A stretch of 64,000 nt of DNA from Octopus vulgaris (Eukaryota): the NCBI GenBank assembly GCA_951406725.2, contig OX597815.1:111042001-111106000 (forward strand), in the 5' to 3' direction. The notes beneath the pieces are model-generated. The model saw only the letters and a list, made by a program, of their open reading frames with translations, was not told the DNA's origin and ran no database searches. The translations under genes and the position numbers were made by a program. This document shows positions 13,672-26,093 of this stretch, piece by piece. The number at the start of each line of letters is the position of its first letter. The first letter of the stretch is position 1.

Positions 13672-14395
13672 TTAGATCGGGGCGTCCTGTGGAGAGGGAC
13701 TCTCCACCGTTTCTTGACTTAGGGTCGAAAGTGGCAAGTCTTGAAATATAGATTGATGAAAATCAAATCTCAATGATGAGACTGATTTTCTATACGTGTT
13801 AAACAAGATATTATGTTTTTTGTCCAATTCGTAAAATTCAGTTTTTATATTTGTCTGATAGTTCAATTAGCCTAGTGGCTGATTTTTTTGTTTTTATATC
13901 ACGCACAAAGTCCTCGTTTTTGCTATTTAGTGCAACTATTCCTCTTTTCGTCTCACCCTCCGCTATCCTCGGTCTGTCTCTCTTTGCTGTTTTTTTTTTT
14001 TGGGGGGGGGGGGGTCTCGGCTTTCTCTGCTTTTGCTGGCTGGTGCCTTCCATTTTCCTTTTGTTTTTTTTTTCCTTCAGTTTCTCTCTCGCTTTCTTAC
14101 TCCTCACCGTCCGATTCTTCTTCACCTTCTTTACAATATTTTTAATGTGACTCAGTTGGCCACACTAGAAACATCGGGGCTTACGCCCATCAACAAAAGT
14201 ATTTTGAACCTCCCTCCCTACTTCTACTATTTCTGGGAGCTGTTCTAAAATTTTCTGCTCTGCCTGCAGTAACAGGTTGAACGTTTGTCCAGTCCAATAT
14301 GTATTCTCTGTGACGGTAACCTGCAGGAGGTTAATATTATCCTTCCTGTTTGCCAGGACTACCGCCATAGCTTTCGAGAGAAAACTATAATACAA
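13672..14395 (-). pseudogene. Tx1-type ORF1 remnant (gag-like zinc knuckle)
   Basis: DGRKPRCF*CGQLSHIK(KYC after a frameshift), followed by a Lys-rich region. Confidence 0.7.
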
Positions 14396-14494
14396 TTTTT
14401 AAACAATAAGTTCAACAATAGACAAAGCAAGAGGTATAACAGATATAACAATTAGAAACTTACTTTACGAACACACTCCAACAATAGATTTTCA

Positions 14495-14930
14495 GTAACA
14501 GACAGACGAAATACTTATTTCTTTACTACCCACAAGGGGCTAAACACAGAGGGGACAAACAAGAACAGACACACGGATTAAGTCAATTACATCAACCCCA
14601 GTGCATAACTGGTACTTAATTTATCGACCCCGAAAGGATGAAAGGCAAAGTTGACCTCGGCGGAATTTGAACTCTGAACGTAACGGCAGACGAAATACCT
14701 ATTTCTTTACTACCCACAAGGGGCTAAACACAGAGAGGACAAACAAGGACAGACAAACGGATTAAGTCAATTATATCGACCCCAGTGCGTAACTGGTACT
14801 TATTTAATCGCCCCCGAAAGGATGAAAGGCAAAGTCGACCTCTGCGGAATTTGAACTCAGAACGTAGCGACAGACGAAATACGGCTAAGCATTTCGCCCG
14901 GCGTGCTAACGTTTCTGCCAGCTCGCTGCC
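14495..14930 (-). mobile_element. SINE family B nested array, upstream part (head at 14930; tail-2 units 14701-14930 and 14517-14700)
   Basis: Head GGCAGCGAGCTGGCAGAAACGTTAGC...GAGTTCAAATTCC; ~184 bp repeat unit. Confidence 0.9.
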
Positions 14931-15029
14931 TTAAAGGACGAGATATTCATGCCAGGAATGCATTTGCTATTCAGTCTGAATTTCCATCTGATGTATATAT
15001 ACATCTGAGTTTCAATATATTCTTTTATT

Positions 15030-15441
15030 CTTTTACATGTTTCAGTTTCTTTGTTTTTACTGAGACCATGCTGGATCACCACATTCAAGGGTTTTTTAGT
15101 CGGAGAAATCGACCCCAGGACTTATTCTTAGTAAGCTTAGTACTTACTGTATCGGTCTCTTTTGCCGAACTTCTAATTTATGTGGACATAATCACACGAA
15201 CATCGGTTGTCAAACATTGATGGAGGTAGAAATACCGACACACATACATAGCGATATAAATATACACATATCTATATGCGTCGGGCTTCATTTTCTTTCC
15301 GTCAACCAAATCCACTCATAAGGCTTTGGTGGGCTCCAGGCTACAGTAGAAGACATTTGCCCGAGGTGCCACGCAGTCAGACTGGACTCGGAACAATGTG
15401 GCTGGAAAGCAAAATTCTTACCACACATCCACGCCTGTGAC
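15030..15441 (-). mobile_element. SINE family A, diverged
   Basis: Colinear with 38522-38935. Confidence 0.85.
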
Positions 15442-15461
15442 TATATTGCAATATAGTGCAA

Positions 15462-16355
15462 TATGTGGTCTGATCGATAAGTATCTGGACTGTTGCCATA
15501 GTAACGAAGCTAAAGCACACAGAGTAAAGTCGCCCGTCACAGATTGACCTTGACCACTATTGTGCATGCGCACTGAGTTTTAATTCTCTAGCCCACTTTC
15601 GCTGTTTGCAGTAGTACTTGGAAGGAAGGTGTGTTGCGTGTGATCGTCGCATTGACCATGACAGAAAGTTGAGCAGAGAACCCGCATCAAATTTTGCCAA
15701 AAGCTTGGTGATACCTGCTCAGAGGCCTACGTAAGGTTTTCAAAAAGTTCTCATTGTTCTCGACACAATCCAGATATTGTGCAACTGAAATCCGAATGTC
15801 TTTTTGGTCAGTTGAAAGCAGTTTTAGCACAAATTTGGCAGACACGCGTCTCATACCCATATCTTCAGTGATAATGCACTGAACTGAACCGTAACAAATC
15901 TGAACATCCTCTGATAACTCATGGATGGGGATTCGACGAATTCCCCTCACAGCTGCGAGCAGAACTGCGATGTTTTTCTCAGTTCTGATGGTTGCGGGTC
16001 TCCCAAAACGTTCATTAATATTGACATTTATGCGGCCATCATGGAATCATCTGAACCAATCGTGCACATGTGTGCGACTCATACACTTCTCTTCATAGAC
16101 TTTCTGCAACTTTGCATAGGTCTCAGAGCAAGTATCGCTTTGACAACTTTCTCTGTCATGGTCAATGCGACGATCACACTCTACACACCTTTCTTCCAAG
16201 CACTGCTGTAAACAGCTGAAGTGAGCTATAATGTTAAAACTTAATGCGCATGTACAACAACGTTCAAGGTCAGTCTGTGCCTTGCGGTTTTACTCTGCAT
16301 GCTTTAGTACTGTTACTATGACAACAGCCTGGATACTTATTCACCATACATTGTA
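15462..16355. mobile_element. Palindromic non-autonomous mariner derivative
   Basis: ~270 bp inverted arms starting and ending at TA; both arms carry the transposase start (EQRTRIKFCQKLG on +); minus strand continues ELSEDVQICYGSVQCIITEDMGMRRVSAKFVLKLL (HTH plus WVPHEL-like motif). Confidence 0.85.
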
Positions 16356-17815
16356 TAGTGCACTCTTATTTTGCGTAAATGATGCGAGTTTAAAATTGTT
16401 ATATAAAGATATAAGGTTGTATGCGAAACGGTGCTGTGGCAAGAGAAAATACAAAACATCTCGTAATTTCCTCGGAGGAATCATTTGTCTTTATAGTGAT
16501 GCACACACCGAACACTATTCGAAAAATATATAGAGATAGCATTTGGCTTTATTTGACGTTAAGCTGATAAAAGATAAAATTAAGTAGCAGGGTGCTACTT
16601 AATTTTATATACTGTGTCTGTATTGAAATGTAAAATAAATGAGAATAATATTTAAGCTTTTTTTAATCGATTCATGTCATACAAAATACAGCAATCATTT
16701 GTCCACACCCGCCATGTTTTCTGTTTTCTTTCATTGCTTTTTGTAGCACGCTCGTTGTGAAGAATTTCCGAACCGCTGGCTAAAGCATATTGCAGAATAG
16801 AATATTCAGTAAGAGTGATGATGAAAGGCAAAATTGATGTCACCGAGAATTGATCTCAGTACGCCATGAGTAGGAACAATTATTGCATGACATTTCTGTA
16901 ATGATCAAACAAATTTGGTAACCAGCTTTCTTATGCAAATAACTACTCTATCCATTCAATAAACAAACAAGCAAATTTCCTACAGGGCGTTTTTATTTCA
17001 CATCGCACCATCCAGTACTTCACTGGCATGTCCATTCTCCAAGCTTACGCATGAAACTGTTTTTGAATTTATTTGTGTGTTATCGTATTTCATAACTTCA
17101 AAATAATTTATATATTTTATATTTGGGACATCTTGAACAGAATCGGTCACTGTGAGTGATCAATATTTTGTTTGCTACAAGCAGGTGGCGAAATGTTAGA
17201 ATTGTTCGAGTGTCGGATAGAATACCTTGATGGGAGTAATACCTTTAATGTTGTATGTAGACTTGAGTTGCTTCGACATAGGCCATAAACTAAAGGACTA
17301 AAACTTGTTTCTGGTGTATGACATTGTTCATCACATAAGACAAATGATTGGAAGACAGGAAGAAACACCGGATTATCACGAGTGGAAAATCTTTATCATA
17401 GATCGTCTAGATCTAAGCTAAACTGAGAGTAAAGATTAGTTTTCTCTAATATTCTTCTCTTTCTCCTCGTTTCTCTCTCTCTGTTTCTCTCCCTCGCTCC
17501 GTTTTTCTTTCTCCTTCTCTGTTTCTCTCCCTTTCTCTCACCACACTATCACATGAAGTCTACTTTATAATGCGAAAGTAAACTACCCATCACATTTTGT
17601 AGTGGACTGCATTATAGATGACCATCATCATTGACTGAGACCAATGAGAGTACCAAAGAACGAACTATCAAATTTCCAGTTCCGCCCATTATTCTAGATA
17701 TCATTTTTATTGATATTATTATACCCAAATCATATCTTATCACAAACATAATTGTAACTAGTGTCGCAGCACTAATGCTAAATAAATGTTTAATGGAAAG
17801 CTGCTATCACTTGTT

Positions 17816-18602
17816 GGATCTTTTCGGTTTGAACGGCAGTTTTTTAAAATAATTTCTATGTAACTAAACACTTTTAAAATTCGTATACTGCTAGAATGTG
17901 TTTATAAAACATCTTTTTCTTTTGGCTTTCTTGAGGAAATTTTGTAGTTTGTAAGATATTTGTAAGATATTTTCTTCAATTTTGGTAATTTCAACCAATC
18001 AATGACGTCTATTGAGGTGAAAACATTATCTGTCGTAAAATTTTCTGGCGGTGAAATATGAAAATGTCCCTCGTTTAAGAAACAGATTGGGTTTATTTAC
18101 ATTTCTGAAGAAAAAAAGATACCCTTCCCCCACCCCTAACCCTAACCTAAACCCTAACACTAACGCTAACCCAACTCCTAACCCTAATTCTAACCCTAAC
18201 CCTAAAACAGATTGAAATGCAATAGATCGATACTAGGGTCATAATTATGGGTAGACACTAAAGAGGGAACGGTTTTGTTATCCAGCTCTGTTTACTAGTG
18301 ACCCCTCAGTTTATGGCCACAGGGTATCTTTTTTCTTATAAGAAACAGGGACATTTTCATATGACGCCGCCATAAAATGTTACGGCAGAAATCGTTTTCA
18401 CTTCAATAGACGTCATTGATTGGTTGAAATTGCCGAAATGCAAGAAATGAAAGACCAAATATCTTACAAACGATAGAATTTTCTCAAGAAAGCCAAGAGA
18501 AAAAGATGTTTTATAAACACATTCGTCCAGTATATGAAGTTTAAAATTTTTTAGTTACATAGAAATTATTTCTAAAAACTGCCGTTCAAACCGAAAAGAT
18601 CC
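17816..18602. mobile_element. Foldback/MITE-like DNA transposon with ~300 bp TIRs and internal (CCCTAA)n
   Basis: GGATCTTTTCGGTTTGAACGGCAG...CTGCCGTTCAAACCGAAAAGATCC; 8 bp TSD CACTTGTT/CACTTGTC. Confidence 0.9.
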
Positions 18603-20847
18603 CACTTGTCTCCTACATTCATGAAATAGTTGTATTTCGTATAACTTTTATAGTTTATCTTGAGTATGTTCATTCTTTATTAATATTTATCTTCTTATAA
18701 AACTCTAATTACAAAATGTGTTGGGTTTAATGTAAACAATACTTGAAATTATTTCAAGGCCCGTGTTATCGATTGAAATCGAACCCTTAATTTACTGTTC
18801 ACAATTCGGAGAAATTACAGATGATAGAGAGAACTGAATTCAGACCCTCATTTGTGTTCGAGGTTTTGAGAGTCTATGAGTCATAGCATTTATATATATC
18901 AGCTGTGTTGTTTGATTTTGTTTTAATTAGAATTTTTCTTTAGATTAAAAGTGACTACTACGCATCTAATTACCTTGCGTGAATTTAAAGAAAACTATTA
19001 ACGGTTTTGATACGAACTATAAAACGGATAATTAACTTGAACTTAATAAACTATATTTTAAAAATGAGAATTCTTTTCAAGCAAACTTAAATAATGCGCT
19101 AGTAAACTGTAATAGACCAGGCAATATTTCACTCTTTGTTTTCTGTAATTTCCAAATGTCTGTCACCAAATATTGTTTTGCTTTTGACAATGGAAATATA
19201 TGTTTCTAAAGAAAGTGAATAGAATCGTTAACTCGACATCTGCATATTAATAGTACTTAGCTTATTGATTTCATTGAGATGAAAAGTAATGTGTAAATTG
19301 ATGGTATGTGAAGTTAATGAAATGTGGCAATAAATAGTGTAGAATATTTAGTCTGTCTTTCAAATCACTATCGCAATTACATTACCGCAGTTCAATGAAA
19401 ATTCATACTAAATCTACTATTATTTCTTATGGTTACGCACGAGACTGATTACCATAGAAGGGTTAAAAGTGACTTAACAACTGAAATGTCAGTGTATCAT
19501 ATCATGTAATTAATGCTACACTCCATGAATGAAAAACGTATTTAAATTTCTTTAGATAAGCTTCTATAGTTGTAGAATGATATTTCATGTGGTACATCAA
19601 TGTTGTAAGCAACAAGTACATCTGACCAGTTATTTATCAGCTTGATCTGCGTAATCCAGCTTGTCGCTTGTACACAAGTTAGGGAAATCTTACTATCTAA
19701 TTAGATATTTCAAAAACCCCGTTGGAATTTACTATACACAGAAAGCATTTCAATCAGTGTTTCATAGATACAACTATTTTAATTCGTGTTTCCTCAGAAA
19801 ATACTAGATTCTTTTTATTAGGTATAAGTTTCTGTATTTTTAGTAGAACGAAATGGGGTGTTATTTGCATTCATGTCATTTCTATTGACTTTGATATTTC
19901 GACTCAGGTTAGCTTTGATTGAGTTGATTAATAAAAAGCCTTTTCACATAGACTATAGAGTTCCAGTTGTCACAGTGCTACCAGGGCCACGTTAGCCCAT
20001 GACATTTTTAAAAAGGATAGAATGAAATTTGAAAATGTGTACTGCTTACACAATTAGATCCATTGGCCACATAGATGAAATCTTGTCGTTTCTGAAAATA
20101 TAAATGCTGGTAGCATCGGTAAAGTTACGTCAACCACCTATCGGGATTCACGCTCTGGAAAACCACTTAACTAACTGAAATTTGTCTAAAGTAATCCCCA
20201 TATTAATTTACATTTTATTAGGTGCATGAATAATTTATGAATAGCCCAATTGATCTCAGGATTATACAATGCATGGAACTGATCTCAGAACTTTTACTCC
20301 ATTAATTATTTTCGATTCCAACAATAAACCGTTAATCATAATCGAAGATTTTGTCTATTTTTCAAAGTTGGCGGTAATATTGGACATACCTATTAAATTT
20401 GAATACTTTTATTTATAACCGTCAACATGTTTATTAATTTTGAATGTACTGAATTGGATTTCTTAAATATGAATATTATTTACTCGGAAGATGAACAATA
20501 ATAGTTTTCTGACATAGGGAAAAGGTCACATGTAAGGTTAATGATAATGGCTGAGATAAATTAATTTAATTAATGTCAGGACATGGATGCTACTCAAACT
20601 AATGGAATAAAAGTAAATACACTACTGATCTGGTCCCGCTGAAATTAAGAAGAATAACAGCATCAAAAGCACACTTATAATTACAGAAGTGAAAACAATA
20701 ATGTAAACAATAACAGTAGCAACAACAACAATAATACCTTCAGTACCGCCATCATCAACATCACCCCCACCTGCAGCACCATAGCCATCAACAACAGCAA
20801 CGACAACAACAACAGTAACAATATCAATCGCAATAATAGCAACAGAT

Positions 20848-20906
20848 TAATGATAATGATGATGATGATAGGAATAATGATAACAATAATAATGATAATA
20901 ATAATG

Positions 20907-20952
<46 letters not shown>

Positions 20953-20975
20953 TAATAATAATAATGATAATAATG

Positions 20976-21025
<50 letters not shown>
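20848..21025. repeat. (TAA)n microsatellite
   Basis: Direct inspection. Confidence 0.95.
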
Positions 21026-21026
<1 letters not shown>

Positions 21027-21541
21027 CTTTCTACTATATACACAATGCCTGGAATTCGGGGATAGGCGGCTTTTCGGTTGCATCAACACTAATGATCAAC
21101 TGTCAGTTATTTCATCGACCCCGAAAGGTTAAAAGACAATGTCAGTCTCAGCGGAACTTGAACTCAGAATGTAATGATGGTGATGGTTTCGACGTATGAG
21201 TGTTTCATGGAGAGGACTTAAAGAAATAAAGAACAGCAAAATGAGAAAAAAGTGTGAGAAAAAAGAGGAAAAAACTTTTAAAAATAGAACAAATGAAACC
21301 GCATCTATTTCCGATGGATGCGTGAATAAAATTTGAGTCGAGGAATGAATTTTGCTATGAAGTCTCAATGGGAACACTGGTGATCTTGATTTTGTCTGGG
21401 ATTAGTCAAATGTGTCTGCTAATTGCAGGATATAATTCTTTTATTGTTTCTTCAACTTGAAATGACAAATTTAACGCCATGCAGTTCGAGTTAGGCAATA
21501 ATTTCCCCCAAGAAATGTATTTGTAGCCATTGATTTCGTCA

Positions 21542-21740
21542 TCAACATGTTTCAAAAATATTGGTACAAATGTAAAGACAGAACACCTACGAAAATCAGC
21601 ATTGCTTGGAATTGCAAGAATTCTTTGCAGGGTTCTTGAAGCATCACCAGTAAACAAGTGTCACCTTAGTTTGCTGGTTGTGGACAGCTGATACTTTCCA
21701 TCATACCCAGCAAAATAAGGGGTGAGTAGCCATCAGATAA
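21542..21740 (+). mobile_element. 3' fragment of an R4/Dong-like non-LTR element
   Basis: KNIGTNVKTEHLRKSALLGIARILCRVLE resembles the QK.ALLGTARILR.VL C-terminus of R4-clade proteins; short UTR ending in (GAT)n. Confidence 0.6.
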
Positions 21741-22058
21741 TGATGATGACGATGATGAAGGTGAACGTGTTGATGATGATGATGATGACGATAAAATCCG
21801 AATTTGTTGGAATTTAGTTATATCGTTAGTTAGCGAGATGATAAATAGACATGGACAGATAGACAGACACTTATAATGTATAGCATGATGTGCAAAACAA
21901 ATTGAAAACGCACTTTGTGTGTTGAATAAACTGTATTTCCATTTACTTAAAGTAGCGGCTGTAAGTGTCAATATATCTTTGAGATTCCAAGTGCATTTTC
22001 AGTTAGTTCGCTTAATATCTATCTCTTTCTCTCTCTCTTTTTCTTCCACTCTCTTTCT

Positions 22059-22234
<176 letters not shown>

Positions 22235-22443
22235 TGGTGTGTGTGTGCGTATGTATGTGCATATATGTATGTAATGTGTGTGTGTGTGACTTTCGCTGCG
22301 TGTAAGTTTCATGCAGCCATCTATTAAAAACTGCTGTACAAATATAAGCTATACTTTAAATCTCTGCCGAATGACTGAGCTGCATCTTGAGCAGTTTGAT
22401 ATGTCATTACTGTTTCATCAGTAGTGTTTACTTCATGCAGATT

Positions 22444-22501
<58 letters not shown>

Positions 22502-22889
22502 TGAGAAGGAAAAGGAGACATCAGAGAGATGGAAAGAGAGAGAAATAGAGTTTAGCAAAGAGTTACTAGTAAAAAGATTAATAAATGGCTTGCTTTTTTT
22601 TTATTTGCGTACCCACACATGTTAGTTTCTCGTTTGAATTGGCTAAAATACAGAGACATGTGTAAGTGTATTTGCAACTTCAACTACAAACACCCTGTTT
22701 TAATATTTCAGTTAATTCATCCGAAGAGATTTACTGTTATATGGATCAGTTAAAAGTAAGAACGTTTACAATTTATTTTCAAATAACCACCAGAATTGCT
22801 TAACATCGGCATTGATTTAGTTTTGTAAGTCGATGTCAAAAAGTAGATTCAGCAAAAGATTATGTTGTTGTTTATTAATGTCCGATCTA

Positions 22890-23150
22890 TGCCTGGCTCA
22901 TAAAGGGCGGTTTCCCAGTTTCATTGGCGTATAGGTTCCCCACCTGGAAAGGACGCCGGTCCGTCGCTGCTGAGCTGCTAGAAAGAAAGACTAAGAGAAA
23001 GTGTGAAAAGTTCGCCATTACCCTCTGCCGGAGCCTCGTTGAGCTTAGGCGTTTCTCTCATAAACATATGCACATCGCCCAGTCTGAGATTCGAACCAGC
23101 GATAAATCGACTGCATGTCTGCTAATCTAACTACGATGCCATGTGCCTCC
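22890..23150 (-). mobile_element. SINE related to family C, with a different 3' tail
   Basis: Head GGAGGCACATGGC...GGTTCGAATCTCAGAC; middle similar to 25473-25771. Confidence 0.7.
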
Positions 23151-23269
23151 GCTCATAAGATTTTAATTTATATTATTTTAGTCAATCAAACATCTCCGTT
23201 GCCGATATACTCGGAGTCGCAAATGTCTGTTTCCATGGAAACAGTATCGGCATTATTATTGTTATGTAA

Positions 23270-23700
23270 GGCGGTGAGCTGGCAGAAACGTTAACAAGCT
23301 GGACGAAATGCTTTGCGGCATTTCGTCTATCTCTACGCTCTGAGTTCAAATTCCGCCGAGGTTGACTTTGCCTTTCATTCTTTCAGGGTTGATAAATTAA
23401 GTAGCAGTTACGCACTGGGATCGATCTAATCGGCTTAACCTCTTTGTCTGTCCTTGTTTGTCCCCTCTATGTTCAGCCCTTTGTGTGCAATAAAGAAATA
23501 AGAAACGTTAGCCGGGCGAAATACTTAACGGTATCTCGTCTCTCTACGTTCTGAGTTCAAATCCCGTCGAGGTCGCCTTTGCTTTTCATCCTTTCGGGGT
23601 CGATAAATTAAGTACCAGTTGCGCACTTGGGTCAATCTAATAGACTGGCCCTCTCTCCAAAATTTCGGGCTTTGTGCCTAGAGTAGAAAAGATCATTATT
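23270..23700 (+). mobile_element. SINE family B dimer (tail-2 unit to 23499, then re-entry at AGAAACGTTAGC and tail 1)
   Basis: Same nested architecture as 10165-14930. Confidence 0.9.
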
Positions 23701-24463
23701 GTTATATAATGAAATAAATTTAATGAAACACATGAAGCACGATTAGATTGTTTAATCAATGAAATATAAGCAAAAAGAAAAAGAGTAAAAAAAAAATTAT
23801 GCTCACTATTCTGTGCAGAAACTTTTAGCGCACTATAACTGGTATTTGCAAATATGCTCGCCACCGATCGCTCTATATCGTTCCCAACAGAATCCATTGT
23901 CAAATGCTCGTTTCTAGTCTGTCACAATCCAGAGATAGCAGAGGTTAAGGAAATACTTCTCTTCCCTCGCGATACACACTACAAGCTGCCCACGGTCCAT
24001 GTAACATTCTACCGCTTTTTTATATTTTCGCCTCGAGAAACCCTCTGCCAATTTCGAAAATTCAGCTGAGAGCACTAATAAATCCTGCACGCATACTTCG
24101 TATAAATAACTGTTTTCATTCAACAGCCGCATTACTCCCGATTCCCAATTCCTTCGCCCAGAAAAGCAAAAACAGAATCTCATGTTATTGGCGTTGCCAT
24201 GACAAAAGATAATTGCGAATTCAGGCATGTCGGCAACTTCCGTTGCCGATTTATTAAACTTGCATGGGTTCAAAGGGTTGTAACTTACTTTTTATGAAAT
24301 TCTGAAGAAGATTAATGTAACTCTGGTCATCAGCACCGAAAATACTCCCTGGTTCACTGTGAGCTCGCGCGCGTGTTTGTACACAGGTAAGCACATAATT
24401 ACAAAAATAAGTGTAAAGTCTACATCACAACTTTCCGACGACCGGGAACGTTAAAGTCTGAGT

Positions 24464-24507
<44 letters not shown>

Positions 24508-24509
<2 letters not shown>

Positions 24510-25056
24510 AAATGAGGGTGAGAAATTTGACATTAATTTAATTAAGATCAATTTCACACCAGTGGTCTGGCATATTAAAAAACTGAAGGTTCAGTAAAAT
24601 TGTATTATATACATATGAGAGTGAAACCACTATGTGGATACCCTTATGCTAGAAGTAGATCCGCTATGGTGTTACCACTAAGAAATGTTCTCAAGAAAAA
24701 TTCAGCAAACAACCAAAACGTAATCGAGCAAGACAAAAGAGAGCAATAAATATATGTATTATTCACATACATGTTTCACTATTACCATATTACGTAATTT
24801 TACTTACGTAAGATGTCCGTAGATCTTCAGTGTGACCGTACAAGTGAATATAATTTGCAGAACTGTATACTGGGACATCCGCACAAAGTCAGACCTGTGA
24901 ATAATCTATATTTATATTGCTTTTCTTTTGTCTCGCTCGATTACGTTTTGGTTGTTTGCTGAATTTTTCTTAAGAACATTTCTTAGTGGTAAGACCATAG
25001 CGGATCTACTTTTAGCATAAGGGTATTCACCTAGTGGTTTCCTTCTGATATGTGTA
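24508..25056. mobile_element. pLTR-type inverted-repeat element in (TA)n
   Basis: Arms ~24609-24767 and ~24896-25056; hammerhead in the spacer. Confidence 0.75.
24763..24835 (-). ncRNA. Type I hammerhead ribozyme (minimal palindromic stem III)
   Basis: TCACA-CTGAAGA-tCTA...TAGt-GAAA-CATG-TA-TGTGA. Confidence 0.75.
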
Positions 25057-25070
25057 TATATATATATATA

Positions 25071-25390
25071 TACATTATTCAAAGGAAATCCAACTCTGTT
25101 TTTTATGTTTTATTTATATTCTTTATAATATTAATATAGAATAGAGAATATATAGTGTAAATAGTATATATAGTAAAATGAAATGAAGTATTGATTATCT
25201 TATTGAATAGATGAAATATTGAATATATCTGATATGCAATACTTGATCTATTCAATAGGACAATCGATACTTCATTTTATATTACTATATATATATTATT
25301 TATAATATATATTCTATATTCTACATTAATATTATAAAGAATATAAATAAAACATAAAAAACAGAGTTGGAATTCTTTTGAATAATATAT
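25071..25390. repeat. AT-rich imperfect palindrome (~155 bp arms)
   Basis: TTATTCAAAGGAAATCCAACTCTGTTTTT...AAAAACAGAGTTGGAATTCTTTTGAATAA; centre ~25228. Confidence 0.85.
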
Positions 25391-25472
25391 ATCCCTCTAT
25401 ACACACTCATACAAACCCCTTTTTATAAATGCATACATACTTATATATATACACACATACGCGTATATATAT

Positions 25473-25769
25473 GTGATCACGTGACCGACCAGTCCATCAG
25501 ATGTAGTTACACATCGCTGGTCACAATGCGTTCGCAATGTTTTAGCCTTCGAACGACGCCACCCCGCTAGCTAAGCGAGCATGCCAACAGAAGAAAGAGT
25601 GGGAGAAAGAGTGGTGAAAGAGTACAGCAGGGATCACCACCCTCTGCTGGAGTCTCGTGGAGCTTTTATGTGTTTAAGGTCAATAAACACTCACAACACC
25701 CGGTCTGGGAATCGAAACCGCGATCCTACGACCGCGAGTCCGCTGCCCTAACCACTAGGCCGTGTGCCT

Positions 25770-25771
<2 letters not shown>
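25473..25771 (-). mobile_element. tRNA-derived SINE, family C
   Basis: Head GGAGGCACACGGCCTAGTGGTTAGGGC...GTTTCGATTCCC; tail GGTCACGTGATCAC; second copy at 59843. Confidence 0.88.
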
Positions 25772-25818
<47 letters not shown>

Positions 25819-26002
25819 AACAAAGAAGTAAATATATGGCACAACGAAGTACCGATATTTACTAGAATTAGCGAACGTAATAATACGACGCTAATGTATA
25901 GCTTCACCGCGTATGTACTAGCAAAAATGCGTGTGTGCAACAAACTAGAAAAAATTGTCTTACCTCCAGGGAGAACATCTGAAAGATGAAATACCTGGAA
26001 AA

Positions 26003-26093
26003 GGATAATGTGGGACCTGCGCGGGTTTCAGATTTTTCAAGATATGTCTGCCACCCATAAACTTGATCTATCTTCATCAGCCAAACATATACC
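26003..26093 (-). ncRNA. Type I hammerhead ribozyme
   Basis: TGG-CTGATGA-AGAT...ATCT-GAAA-CCCGCGCAGG-TC-CCA. Confidence 0.7.

Larger units (their letters stand above)
10519..14494 (-). mobile_element. Tx1/L1-clade non-LTR retrotransposon, apparently full length, degenerate
   Basis: ORF1 with a CCHC knuckle; ORF2 APE (CINVRGL, ATETR, GDFN, DH, GYWKLNTSVL) and RT (KSPGLDGL, KAFDR, RQGCLLS, YADD); 3' end AATAAAGAAAT; both sides flanked by AAC(GG/AGA)CAGACGAAATAC (10501-10517, 14497-14514), a probable TSD. Confidence 0.9.

Noticed and set aside
10341-14930. Regularly repeated ~184 bp units that could be taken for a satellite or CRISPR-like array
   Set aside because: Eukaryotic SINE units with Pol III boxes; no unique spacers and no cas genes.
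18131-18204. True telomere or chromosome fusion site
   Set aside because: Short, degenerate and enclosed within a TIR element with a TSD.
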